Assembly (NCBI GenBank): GCA_015490555.1 | Contig: WFXO01000061.1 | Span: forward strand, 7,221-71,220 | Length of the DNA: 64,000 nt | From: a candidate division WOR-3 bacterium | GTDB lineage: Bacteria; Hydrothermota; Hydrothermia; WGAB01 | Reading direction: 5' to 3' | Part shown: positions 35,911 to 44,907 of the stretch, piece by piece | Position numbering within the stretch: the first letter of the stretch is position 1 | Layout: each line of letters opens with the position of its first letter | Notes under the pieces: model-generated | Database searches by the model: none | Told to the model about the DNA's origin: nothing | The model's input: the letters and a program-made list of their open reading frames with translations, nothing else | Translations under genes and position numbers: made by a program

Positions 35911-35939
35911 AATCTAAGGGGAGGTCCAGGGAATTTCAA
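35911..35939 (-). promoter_or_regulatory. Promoter TTGAAA-17-TAGATT (minus strand) for the PMM-yhhQ-NTP-transferase-membrane operon (leadered)
   Basis: The minus strand reads cTTGAAAttccctggacctcccctTAGATTtgacatctcaaccGGAGGTttccaccATG. Confidence 0.5.
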
Positions 35940-36058
35940 GAAAATGTTTTACCAAGAGTATTTCCAGATGGCTGGAAGCAGTGAGGACCAATGCTGGAAC
36001 GGATATCGAATGATACTGATTTTCTTGGCACTTGTGCGGAAGATCTTCGATAGGCCCG

Positions 36059-36064
36059 TATAAT
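36059..36064 (+). promoter_or_regulatory. -10 box TATAAT, 6 nt upstream of ATG 36071 (leaderless-type)
   Basis: ggcccgTATAATttgtgtATGggcaag. Confidence 0.5.
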
Positions 36065-36070
36065 TTGTGT

Positions 36071-37696
36071 ATGGGCAAGCGTTTTTATACCATCGGGCTG
36101 GGGCTGAGTATGGGGATGGGGCTACTTCTTTGGAGTGCCGGTTGTATCCCGCGTCGTCGGCCCCCCCAAGTGCCTCCTACGCAACGCTTTGAGTCTCCAC
36201 GCATCCGTGTTGCCATCGCTTACAGCAAGCATTTTGAACTCTATGTTCCAGACTCTTTTTGGGTGTACCGCAACAACGAACTTCAAATCAAGTTACCCCC
36301 CGGTCAATATCAAGTTCGTGTCATTTCCGCTCAGCCGGCGCCGGTCCACTATTGGGTCTGGTGGGGCTCGTATTCTACCTCCGACTCCGCCGATGCTGTT
36401 GTAGATTCGTTGGTATCTGCCGGCTATCCTGCTCAGCGCGTTCGGTGGGGCCGGCGATGGATCTTCCCGTCGGATACCTTAGATGCCAGAGAGTATGCGG
36501 TTTTTGTGGGTCCATACACAAGACGTGAAGATGTTCCTGAGGATAGCATCTTCCGGAGAAAGGCAGTTCTTCAAGATCCTCAAGAATCCCAGGAGGAACT
36601 CCAACTTGAACTCCTGGGTCCACAGGGCCAGACGTTGTACCATGGTCCCCCTCCTCTTCGTTGGATCCCACACCCCCGGCGTGTTCCCAATTTCACCGTC
36701 CTCAATTTCCGGCCTGGGATTCGATTTCGAGGACAAAAAGTGGCACATCGTACTTACCGAGGCATCTTGGAGTTTCGAAACGATGGACTGGGGCACCTTG
36801 TGTTGATCAACGAACTGCCGGTGGAGGTCTATCTTTTAGGGGTGGTCCCGAAAGAAATGGGCCCGCAATTTCCCATTGAGGCGTTGAAGGCCCAAGCGAT
36901 CGTGGCTCGCACCTATACCTACTGGCAATGGGGGAAAGGACGGGCCTATTTCCAACCCTATGATCTGGTCGGCGATTACTCGGTCCAGGCTTACGGAGGC
37001 CAGGATGCTCGAACACCTGAGACGGATCGTGCGGTTTGGGAAACCCGTGGGATGGTGGTCATGTATCGAGACCGTCTTGCAGAAACACTGTACCACTCCT
37101 GTTGTGGAGGTTATACCGAAGATATGGCGGTTGTTTTTGGCACCTCACGGCCTTACCTACAAGGAGTCTATTGCGGGGAAACGGCCCCTTCTTATCTGCC
37201 GGTGGACTCCATTGAACGCTGGATTCTCGACCCTCCTGAGGCCTTTTGTTCCCCGGAAGTCAGCCAATTGACACTGGCGCGCCGGAACTTCCGGTGGCAC
37301 GTCGAACTGGACCCCAAGACCATCCAGTCCCGTATTCGACAATACTACGGAAAAGACATCGGGAAGATTGTCTATCTCCGGACCCTCAAGCGGAGTCGTT
37401 CGGGCCGGATCCTTGCCATGAAGATCCAGGGGATCCTGGATGCCGTGGTCTTACAGAGTCCTTATAGTATCCGCCGGGTGCTTCGGGATCCACCCTTGAA
37501 AAGTACACTGTTTATCATTGATTACGAGCGGGGACCCGGTGGGTTGCCCATTCGTGTCATTCTGAACGGAGGAGGGAACGGGCATGGGGTTGGACTTTGC
37601 CAGTTAGGAGCGGCGGGGATGGTACGAAGGGGTTACACTGCTCGCCAAATCCTGGCCCATTACTACCCCGGCACCGGGGTCCGCGATCTCTATTGA
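36071..37696 (+). CDS. SpoIID/LytB domain lipoprotein (amidase-enhancer / lytic transglycosylase-like)
   Basis: MGKRFYTIGLGLSMGMGLLLWSAGC (lipobox). ALKAQAIVARTYTY. YHSCCGGYTED. GHGVGLCQLGA. Confidence 0.85.
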   Translation: MGKRFYTIGLGLSMGMGLLLWSAGCIPRRRPPQVPPTQRFESPRIRVAIAYSKHFELYVPDSFWVYRNNELQIKLPPGQYQVRVISAQPAPVHYWVWWGSYSTSDSADAVVDSLVSAGYPAQRVRWGRRWIFPSDTLDAREYAVFVGPYTRREDVPEDSIFRRKAVLQDPQESQEELQLELLGPQGQTLYHGPPPLRWIPHPRRVPNFTVLNFRPGIRFRGQKVAHRTYRGILEFRNDGLGHLVLINELPVEVYLLGVVPKEMGPQFPIEALKAQAIVARTYTYWQWGKGRAYFQPYDLVGDYSVQAYGGQDARTPETDRAVWETRGMVVMYRDRLAETLYHSCCGGYTEDMAVVFGTSRPYLQGVYCGETAPSYLPVDSIERWILDPPEAFCSPEVSQLTLARRNFRWHVELDPKTIQSRIRQYYGKDIGKIVYLRTLKRSRSGRILAMKIQGILDAVVLQSPYSIRRVLRDPPLKSTLFIIDYERGPGGLPIRVILNGGGNGHGVGLCQLGAAGMVRRGYTARQILAHYYPGTGVRDLY

Positions 37697-37758
37697 GCAA
37701 GTCGACCCCTCTTTCGGGATGACCCCCACACCTGAAAACCTTTCCGAAAATCCTGAAT

Positions 37759-39015
37759 TTAGTGGTGATGCGTGGGGACCAGGGCTTCTTCCAATTTCGG
37801 GTCCCCAACCGGGACCAGGGGGACACGGTGAAGGGCGTTGAGATACACGAACATGAACAGTCCCAAGAAGCCTAGAGTCGCGCCGATCTCTCCAAGGCCG
37901 AGAGGAATGTAAGGCTTATGCCAGAGCGTGGGCACGATCTCCATAAACCGTGCGAGCCAGAGTCCCACCAGAACCGTCAAGGCCATACTTCCCAGAATCC
38001 AGGGTGTCACCTTGGGTTTTTTCCGGATCAAGACCACAAAGGGGATGACGAAGATCAGGATGAAGGTTGCCCATCCCAGGGGTTTCCACATCCCGACGAT
38101 GCGGGTGTATAAGAATTCCGTTTCCTCAGGTATATTGCCGTACCAGATGGTGAGCCACTGGGCCCAGAGGAGGTTGGCCCAGAAGGTGGCGAAGGCAAAG
38201 AGAAGGATGCCCAGATCATGGAGCACACGTTCGTGGAAGATCTGGTCCCAGGAGAGGCGTTTGCGGACATAAATCGTCATTAAGATGGTAAAAGCCAGGG
38301 CTTCCAGGAGGGCTCCCCAGAAGAAATAGCCGCCGAACATCGTGCTGTACCAGACCCGATCCATAGCCATCACCATGTCAAAGGCAATGAAACTCCAGGT
38401 CAGTGCAAACAGGATGATGGCGGTGATGCCGAAATTCACGAGCCGTTTTTGAATTTCCGGGATTTCCTGAGGTCCTTTCCAATTCCGTGTCCAGCGGATC
38501 CCCCAGAGTGAGTACTCAGGAATGCCATGCTCTTTCAGTATCCCGTAGTCCTCACGTACGGACAAATAGAAGTAGTACCAGACGATGGCAGAAAGGACGA
38601 GGACCGGGATCAGTTGGCGGATCACAAAGAAGTTGAACTGCATCCAGACTTTAGGATGGGCATGGTTTGGGTCATAGGACCAGTAAAAGAGGTGCATTTT
38701 CCCGAAGAAGATCCCGATAAAGAGGAGCAAACCGATCGGGACAAAGGCGGCGGTGGTTTCTGCCAGCCTCAGGATCGCCCGACCCCAGGTGCCATAAACC
38801 CCCCGGATGATCGCAGAAAAGATGACACCAGCATGTGCGATCCCCAGCCAGAACAGGGTATTGACGAGATAGATTTGCCAGAACCGTTGGGGTTCCGTAA
38901 TCCACAGCCACACAAGAGAAAGGAGTCCGACCCCCATCAAAAGCCAACTCCATCGGAGCCACCGTTTGCCCAGGGCCACTCTGTGGTGCTGGAAGGCCAA
39001 TTCCGGGATGTTCAT
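37759..39015 (-). CDS. actF: Alternative Complex III subunit ActF (NrfD-like membrane subunit)
   Basis: Start at ATG 39015 (ATGA overlap with the actE stop). Multi-TM protein with WLGIAHAGVIFSAIIRGVYGTWGR, paralogous to ActC. Confidence 0.8.
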   Translation of the reverse strand: MNIPELAFQHHRVALGKRWLRWSWLLMGVGLLSLVWLWITEPQRFWQIYLVNTLFWLGIAHAGVIFSAIIRGVYGTWGRAILRLAETTAAFVPIGLLLFIGIFFGKMHLFYWSYDPNHAHPKVWMQFNFFVIRQLIPVLVLSAIVWYYFYLSVREDYGILKEHGIPEYSLWGIRWTRNWKGPQEIPEIQKRLVNFGITAIILFALTWSFIAFDMVMAMDRVWYSTMFGGYFFWGALLEALAFTILMTIYVRKRLSWDQIFHERVLHDLGILLFAFATFWANLLWAQWLTIWYGNIPEETEFLYTRIVGMWKPLGWATFILIFVIPFVVLIRKKPKVTPWILGSMALTVLVGLWLARFMEIVPTLWHKPYIPLGLGEIGATLGFLGLFMFVYLNALHRVPLVPVGDPKLEEALVPTHHH

Positions 39016-39527
39016 GGCTGGAACCTCCGGATCTTCTGGATTTCTCGGAGATAGTGAACAATGCTCCATCGGTCTATGACATTCGTCCCTTCATCGTAGG
39101 GCGGCATCAAGATATGACCCTGGCGGATGATTTCGTAAAAATAGCCGTCTTTTCGGACGTTGATATAGATGTCCATCGTCAGATCGGGTGTGGTAAGAGC
39201 CGGTGCGATTTTAGCAATGGGGCCGCCTCCGGCTGTCGCTTCTGGCCCATGGCACACCGAACAAAACCGCTCATACAGGACTTTCCCCCGCTTGATCACC
39301 GCTTGCGTGTGGGGGAGTGGGTTGGGGACCGCATTCCCTTCGTCCCATGTCCGTTTGGGTTCTCTTCCGGAGCGAGGTACCGTACCCTCGACGGGCAGAA
39401 GATAGGAGCGTTCCTGGGGTTTGATGGAGGGCTGGTCGACCATATTTCGGACCCAAGGCTGGGCCTGGGCCAGCCCGACAATCCCCAGCCCCAATCCGAT
39501 GAAACAGAGACGATTAAGCCACTTCAT
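39012..39527 (-). CDS. actE: Alternative Complex III subunit ActE (monoheme cytochrome c)
   Basis: Start at MKWLNRLCFIGLGLGIVGLAQA (ATG 39527, GGAGGAG Shine-Dalgarno). Single CSVCHG heme site. Confidence 0.8.
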   Translation of the reverse strand: MKWLNRLCFIGLGLGIVGLAQAQPWVRNMVDQPSIKPQERSYLLPVEGTVPRSGREPKRTWDEGNAVPNPLPHTQAVIKRGKVLYERFCSVCHGPEATAGGGPIAKIAPALTTPDLTMDIYINVRKDGYFYEIIRQGHILMPPYDEGTNVIDRWSIVHYLREIQKIRRFQP

Positions 39528-40014
39528 GGATCTCCTCCGCGTGTGAGGTTTCCAAGATCTCCCGTGCGACCAATTCTCGATCCGGGGGAACCTGGACGAG
39601 CAAACCAAACCGGTCGTCACTAAATCGGGGGTCATAGGCAGGTTCATTCACGCGTTTTGGGAGGCGACTGAGCCCAAAGAGTCCCAAAAGGTTTGCAATG
39701 GAGCCGATAAGGACCATCAACTCAAAGGTGATCACGACAAACGGTGGAACGGAGATGATCGGTTTCCCACCGACCACCAGAGGCCATGCCACGGAAGTGC
39801 CGATGGTCAACAGGAGGGCAAGGCTGATCCCCGTTAAGGAGCCGAAGAGTACGATCCAGCGAATCGGGGAGGGTTTTGGGATGAGGTCGTCTTCAATTTC
39901 CGGCACCGGCACTGGAGAAAAGAAGCGCTCGATCTTAAACCCCTGTTCTTTCAGGCTGTGGTATGCCTCTTGGATATCATCGAGATACGGGAAGATGGCA
40001 AGGAATCTTTTCAT
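39514..40014 (-). CDS. actD: Alternative Complex III subunit ActD (DUF3341)
   Basis: 166 aa. MKRFLAIFPYLDDIQEAYHSLKEQGF... followed by two TM helices. Confidence 0.8.
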   Translation of the reverse strand: MKRFLAIFPYLDDIQEAYHSLKEQGFKIERFFSPVPVPEIEDDLIPKPSPIRWIVLFGSLTGISLALLLTIGTSVAWPLVVGGKPIISVPPFVVITFELMVLIGSIANLLGLFGLSRLPKRVNEPAYDPRFSDDRFGLLVQVPPDRELVAREILETSHAEEIHEVA

Positions 40015-41333
40015 GCCGTGACCTCCTGCTTCCGTGTGGGCACCGGTTGAATTTCCTTTAATTCTGAGATGGGCAACGCCGGGAGGAGCCGTAAGAAGAG
40101 AAGGAACCAGAAGAAGAACCAGCCGAAACTCCCTGCCAGAATAGAGAGTTCAATCGGTGAGGGTTTGTAGATCCCCCACGCCGCAGGGATGTAGTCATGG
40201 GAAAGGGATGTGACAATGATGTTGAATCGCTCGAACCACATCCCAACGTTGACGAGGAGGGAGACCACGAAGAGAACGGGGATACTTCGTCTGGCCTTTT
40301 TGAAGAAGAAGATCAGTGGGAAAACCGCGTTGCAGAAAATCATGATCCAGAAGGGAATCGTATAGGTCCCGAGCGCCCGGAATTTAAAGGCCGCCCATTC
40401 GATTTCGTTGCCACTATACCAGGCAAGGAAGTACTCGACCACATAGGCATAGGCGACGATGGCTCCAGTGAGGAGCAACATCTTGGCCAGGTTTTCCAGG
40501 ACATCGATGGTAAAGTAGTCCTGGAGATACGGAAAGATCTTGCGGATGGGGATCAACAGGGTGATGACCATGGCCACCCCGGAGAAGATCGCACCGGCCA
40601 CAAAGTAGGGTGCAAAGATGGTGCTATGCCATCCCGGGACAATGGACATGGCAAAGTCCCAGGAAACGACGCTGTGGACCGAAATCACCAGTGGGGTTGC
40701 AAATGCAGCAAAGTAGAGGTAGGAAAGCCGATAGTGTTTCCACTCCCGGTGATTGCCTTGCCATCCGAGGGAGAGGAGTGTGTAGAGTTTCTTTCGCCAG
40801 CCGGTGCTGTGATCGCGTGCAGTGGCCAGGTCGGGGAGCATACCCACATAAAAGAAGATCATGCTCACAGTCAGGTAGGTCAGCACCGCGAAAACGTCCC
40901 AGATCAGGGGAGATCGGAAGTTGATCCATACTTTCCGGAAGTAGTCAAAGGGGAGAAGCCAATAGAACTTCCACGGTCGGCCGAGGTGGATGATGGGGAA
41001 GAGGCCGGCGGTCATGACCGCGAAGACCGTCATGGCTTCTGCGATCCGGTAGATGCTGTTCCGCCAGCGGCTGCGGAAGAGATAGAGGATGGCGGAGATC
41101 AGGGTTCCGGAGTGGGCAATCCCGACCCAGAAGACAAAGGTGGTGATATAGGTCCCCCATCCCACGGGGTTATTCAGTCCGGTGACGCCCATCCCGTGGT
41201 GCACTTGATAGGCAAAAGCGGTGACCCCCAGGCCGATCAGCAGGAGATTGAAGCCCTGGAGGGCGAAGTATTTCCAGCCTGGTCGGGAAAGAAGAAGCCG
41301 AAGGGCGTCTTGGGTAATCTTTCTGTAGGTCAT
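40011..41333 (-). CDS. actC: Alternative Complex III subunit ActC (NrfD/PsrC-like quinol-interacting membrane subunit)
   Basis: 440 aa with about 10 TM helices. GWGTYITTFVFWVGIAHSGTLISAILYLFRSRWR. Confidence 0.85.
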   Translation of the reverse strand: MTYRKITQDALRLLLSRPGWKYFALQGFNLLLIGLGVTAFAYQVHHGMGVTGLNNPVGWGTYITTFVFWVGIAHSGTLISAILYLFRSRWRNSIYRIAEAMTVFAVMTAGLFPIIHLGRPWKFYWLLPFDYFRKVWINFRSPLIWDVFAVLTYLTVSMIFFYVGMLPDLATARDHSTGWRKKLYTLLSLGWQGNHREWKHYRLSYLYFAAFATPLVISVHSVVSWDFAMSIVPGWHSTIFAPYFVAGAIFSGVAMVITLLIPIRKIFPYLQDYFTIDVLENLAKMLLLTGAIVAYAYVVEYFLAWYSGNEIEWAAFKFRALGTYTIPFWIMIFCNAVFPLIFFFKKARRSIPVLFVVSLLVNVGMWFERFNIIVTSLSHDYIPAAWGIYKPSPIELSILAGSFGWFFFWFLLFLRLLPALPISELKEIQPVPTRKQEVTA

Positions 41334-44281
41334 ACCTCATTGACCTCCGTAAATCTCTTCAAATACGTGACCGAAGGACGCGTATTCAAGTGTTCAAGGA
41401 CACGGTATCGACGAGGGTTCCGGAAAAGTTTGGCCACGCGGCTTTCAGGGTCTTTGGTGTTTCCGAACACCAACGCTTCAGCGGGGCAGGCCTGGACACA
41501 GGCGGGCTGGATTTCTCCATCCCGGACCAGCCGTTGTTCGTCTTTGGCACGGTCTTTGGCGTATTTAATCCGCTGAATGCAAAAGGTGCACTTTTCCATG
41601 ACCCCCTTCTCGCGAACAGTCACATCCGGGTTGAGTTGCCAATTCAGAGGCTCCGGGAATTTGAAGGTATACCAGTTGAAACGTCGGACTTTGTAGGGAC
41701 AGTTGTTGGAACAATATCGTGTGCCGACACAGCGGTTATAGACCTGTTCGTTGAGGCCGTCGGCGCTGTGGACGGTCGCAAAGACCGGACATACCGGTTC
41801 ACAAGGAGCATTGTCACACTGCTGGCACATCATGGGGATAAAGTGGACCGTGTGGCTCTGTTCATCGAAATACCGCTCGATTCGGATCCAGAACATCTCC
41901 CGGCCCTGGACGATGAGTTTTTCGCCGACCGTTGGGATGTTGTTCTCCGCCATGCATGCCACCACACAGGCCGCACACCCAACACACTTCTCCGTATCTA
42001 CCACCAGGCCCCAGTGATAAGGGCTCTCGTGCTCTGGGAACTTTTCTTTGTGGTATTCACGGTAGAAGGCGGCGGTTGCAGGGAACTCTTTTTCGAACTC
42101 TTCCTCGTAGGTCGGCTCGAGTTCACCCTCATGCTCCAAGTAGACCCCCAGCGGGATCGTTTGGGCAACCTTTCGACCCTCTAAGGTTTCTGCCCCGTCC
42201 GTATGGGCCAGGTGAACCCGACGGCCGGTTTTCTCCAGTTGAACTGAAATCCCCGTCCACTTCAGGGAAGAGGTTCCGTTCTGCGCTTCTATGAGAACAA
42301 AGGCATTGACTCCCTTGCCGGTGGCGTACCGGCCAAACGCTGTGTGTCCCTGTCCGGTTGCGAGGGCCACCACACCCCGGCGGATCCTCGGGTAGGTCCG
42401 AATCGGGAGTTCGACGGATCCTCGGGAGGTCGTCAGTCGGACGACGTCCCCCTCTTTCAAGTTCCACGCACGGGCATCGTCAGGATGGACTTCTAACACA
42501 CTCTGCCAACTGACCTTGTTCAGAGGATCGGGAACCTCTTGGATCCAAGGTCGGTTGGCCATCCGACCGTCATACAACCGGAGACTGGGGTAGACAACAA
42601 GAGCAGGCGTGGAAGGAGGGTCAGGTTGGGGAACTTCGGGCAATTGCTTGGGTTGAAGTTGGATGGATTTTGTGGCGTCGGAACCCTTGAAGAGCCCGCC
42701 CTTCTGTAAAACCTCTCGCCAGAATTCGTCGAACGGTCGCGAATCCCCGACTTTTTTCTGGATTTTCTGCCAGTGCGTTCGGAGATACTCGACGAAGGTT
42801 TCGGGGACCGAAATCCCCAATTGTTGCCCTAATTGGATCAGGAGATCCCCGAAGGCTTGGCTTTGGAAATGGGGCACGGGTTGCATACCCGGCTGTTGGA
42901 TCGAATACACCCCTTCATAGGGCTCGGCATCTCCCCAGTCCTCCAGAAACTGGCGGATGGGGAACACCACATCGGCAGCCTCGGCCGTTTCGTTCGGATA
43001 GGGGGTGAAAACGGCCATAAATTTGAGCCGCTTTCGGGCCTCATCTGCTTGGAGAATGCTGGGAAAGGCATAGAGAGGGTTCCGGTCATACACCAAGAGG
43101 ACTTCGGTCTCTTCTCCCCATCCTTCGACGAACTTGGCCAAGGTTTCAAAAGATACCGCACGATCCCAGGATGACCTGCCGCGCCATTGAAGAGGCGCCT
43201 GTTCGCCTCCCTTCAGGGCAGTCAGTGCCAGGGCTGCAATCCAGCCGGTGACCTGGATGGGATCACCAGCACCGAGGTTCCCTCCTAAAATCAGCGGACG
43301 TTTTGCCTCCGATACGGCCTTTTTCAAGTGTTCAAATTCGGCCTCGGAGACACCTGTGAAGGAGAGAACGGCCGATCGGTCAAATTGTTGAGCCCACGCT
43401 CGAAGGGTCTGGGGAATTGGGTGGGAGAGGGTTCCGGACTCGATCATTTCGCGGAGGAGCAACCCTGCGAGCCAGGGCTCGGTGCCTGGACGTGGGGCGA
43501 TCCAGCGGTCGGCCTTACTCCCGGTCAGGGAAAGCCGAGCCTCGACTTGGATGTGATGGAGTCGGTGTCTGGCGTCGCCCCGACGCTGGGCGTACATTCG
43601 GGTAAATTCCACAGGCGAAAGCCAGGTCTCCAAGAAATCCGCACCGAAGGAAACTACGAGGTCTGCCTTTTCAAAGTCTGGCCACGGGATTTCACGAGTC
43701 CCGAAGAGCGCTTCGCTTGCACTCAGGAGTGCGTCTTGAGAGAACGGTTCGTAGGGTACGATCCGGACACCACCGAGGGCTTCACTCCACTGCCGAAGGA
43801 AGGACTCCATAGCCCCGGTCAGGGGAGGCGTCAGCCACGCGATCTTGTCCGGAGGGGTCTGCTTCAACGTTTCGATCAATGCCTGCAGGGCTTGATCCCA
43901 CTCGACGGCTACGAGTTGGCCGTCGGGATTCCGGAGCAGTGGAGAAGGCAAACGGTCGGGGTTATAGAGCCCCTGGAGGGCGGCCTCACCGCGCATACAG
44001 TGCCGACCTCGGGATACCGGGTGATCCGGGTTCCCCTCGACCTTGATGATGCGTCCTTCACGGACCTTGACCAAAAGGCCACAGTGGGCGGGGCATTCCT
44101 GGCAGGTTGTGGCGTACCACTGGGGAATTCCAGGGACCACATCTTCAGCCGGGATCAGTTGGGACACGACTTTTTCGACTTTGGACCGTGGGGGCTTACA
44201 AGCCACGAGGGGAAGTCCAACAGCCGCGGCACTCCCCGCCCCGAGGATTTTCAAGAAATCTCGTCTGGTGATCTCACCCAT
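41330..44281 (-). CDS. actB: Alternative Complex III subunit ActB (Tat-exported molybdopterin-oxidoreductase-like domain fused to 4Fe-4S ferredoxin domain)
   Basis: 983 aa. Twin-arginine signal MGEITRRDFLKILGAGSAA. C-terminal cluster motifs CVGCAACVVAC, CQQCDNAPCEPVCP, CVGTRYCSNNCP, CTFCIQR. Confidence 0.88.
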   Translation of the reverse strand: MGEITRRDFLKILGAGSAAAVGLPLVACKPPRSKVEKVVSQLIPAEDVVPGIPQWYATTCQECPAHCGLLVKVREGRIIKVEGNPDHPVSRGRHCMRGEAALQGLYNPDRLPSPLLRNPDGQLVAVEWDQALQALIETLKQTPPDKIAWLTPPLTGAMESFLRQWSEALGGVRIVPYEPFSQDALLSASEALFGTREIPWPDFEKADLVVSFGADFLETWLSPVEFTRMYAQRRGDARHRLHHIQVEARLSLTGSKADRWIAPRPGTEPWLAGLLLREMIESGTLSHPIPQTLRAWAQQFDRSAVLSFTGVSEAEFEHLKKAVSEAKRPLILGGNLGAGDPIQVTGWIAALALTALKGGEQAPLQWRGRSSWDRAVSFETLAKFVEGWGEETEVLLVYDRNPLYAFPSILQADEARKRLKFMAVFTPYPNETAEAADVVFPIRQFLEDWGDAEPYEGVYSIQQPGMQPVPHFQSQAFGDLLIQLGQQLGISVPETFVEYLRTHWQKIQKKVGDSRPFDEFWREVLQKGGLFKGSDATKSIQLQPKQLPEVPQPDPPSTPALVVYPSLRLYDGRMANRPWIQEVPDPLNKVSWQSVLEVHPDDARAWNLKEGDVVRLTTSRGSVELPIRTYPRIRRGVVALATGQGHTAFGRYATGKGVNAFVLIEAQNGTSSLKWTGISVQLEKTGRRVHLAHTDGAETLEGRKVAQTIPLGVYLEHEGELEPTYEEEFEKEFPATAAFYREYHKEKFPEHESPYHWGLVVDTEKCVGCAACVVACMAENNIPTVGEKLIVQGREMFWIRIERYFDEQSHTVHFIPMMCQQCDNAPCEPVCPVFATVHSADGLNEQVYNRCVGTRYCSNNCPYKVRRFNWYTFKFPEPLNWQLNPDVTVREKGVMEKCTFCIQRIKYAKDRAKDEQRLVRDGEIQPACVQACPAEALVFGNTKDPESRVAKLFRNPRRYRVLEHLNTRPSVTYLKRFTEVNEV

Positions 44282-44292
44282 TCAGAACCTCC

Positions 44293-44793
44293 CTACTTGT
44301 GACATGTCCAACACTCTCTGGGTGCCTTCCGTTGGTTATGGCAATTGAGACACCATCCCATGCCCAAGGAACTCACTTTTTTCGCGACGGTCATCTCTTG
44401 AACAGGTCCGTGACAGGTTTGGCATTGGATTCCCGCCCGTATGTGCCGTTTATGGGAAAAATACACAAAGTCCGGAAGGTCGTGCACTTTGGTCCACTCG
44501 ATCGGTTTCTGGTCGTTCCAATACTGTAGGAGGATTTGGATTCCGGGCTTTTTGGGATCGGTGTATTTATGGCACCCCATGCATTTCCGCACGGAAGGAA
44601 GTCCCGCCACGGTAGACCGGTCTGCGAAGGAGTGACAATACATGCACTCCATTTTCAGGTTCTGGACGTGGATTTGGTGGTTAAAGGGGATGGGTTGTTC
44701 TGGCGCGGTGGTTCCACGCTGCGCCCCAATGAAAAGCCCGATGCCAACGATGAGGAGAAAAAGAAAGATCCCGATACCGAAACGACGCTTCAT
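44293..44793 (-). CDS. actA: Alternative Complex III subunit ActA (pentaheme cytochrome c)
   Basis: 166 aa. N-terminal TM anchor and five CxxCH sites: CMYCH, CMGCH, CQTCH, CLNCH, CWTCH. Confidence 0.88.
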   Translation of the reverse strand: MKRRFGIGIFLFLLIVGIGLFIGAQRGTTAPEQPIPFNHQIHVQNLKMECMYCHSFADRSTVAGLPSVRKCMGCHKYTDPKKPGIQILLQYWNDQKPIEWTKVHDLPDFVYFSHKRHIRAGIQCQTCHGPVQEMTVAKKVSSLGMGWCLNCHNQRKAPRECWTCHK

Positions 44794-44838
44794 TTTCCGG
44801 TTGCCTCCCTCATGAATACCCGTTGAAAAACGGCAATT

Positions 44839-44866
44839 ATTATAAGGGCTTGACTGTTTCAGTCAA
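44839..44866 (-). promoter_or_regulatory. Promoter TTGACT-16-TATAAT (minus strand) for actABCDEF, with a 17-bp palindrome overlapping the -35
   Basis: The minus strand reads TTGACTgaaacagtcaagccctTATAAT, followed by a 38-nt leader with GAGGGAGG Shine-Dalgarno. The palindrome TTGACTG-AAA-CAGTCAA spans 44850-44866. Confidence 0.65.
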
Positions 44867-44907
44867 CTTTTGCTTACTAATCGCTCATTCCGAAATGCTC
44901 AGTTACT

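Noticed and set aside
36071-37696. SpoIID domain as evidence of sporulation
   Set aside because: SpoIID/LytB-domain lipoproteins are widespread in non-sporulating diderms. No other sporulation genes are present.
40197-41576. 459-aa ORF on the plus strand, antisense to actC/actB
   Set aside because: The product is low-complexity (Gly/Asp/Glu/His/Pro-rich) with no motifs. It lies opposite a well-supported NrfD-like membrane protein gene. Long antisense ORFs of this kind are typical in GC-rich coding DNA.
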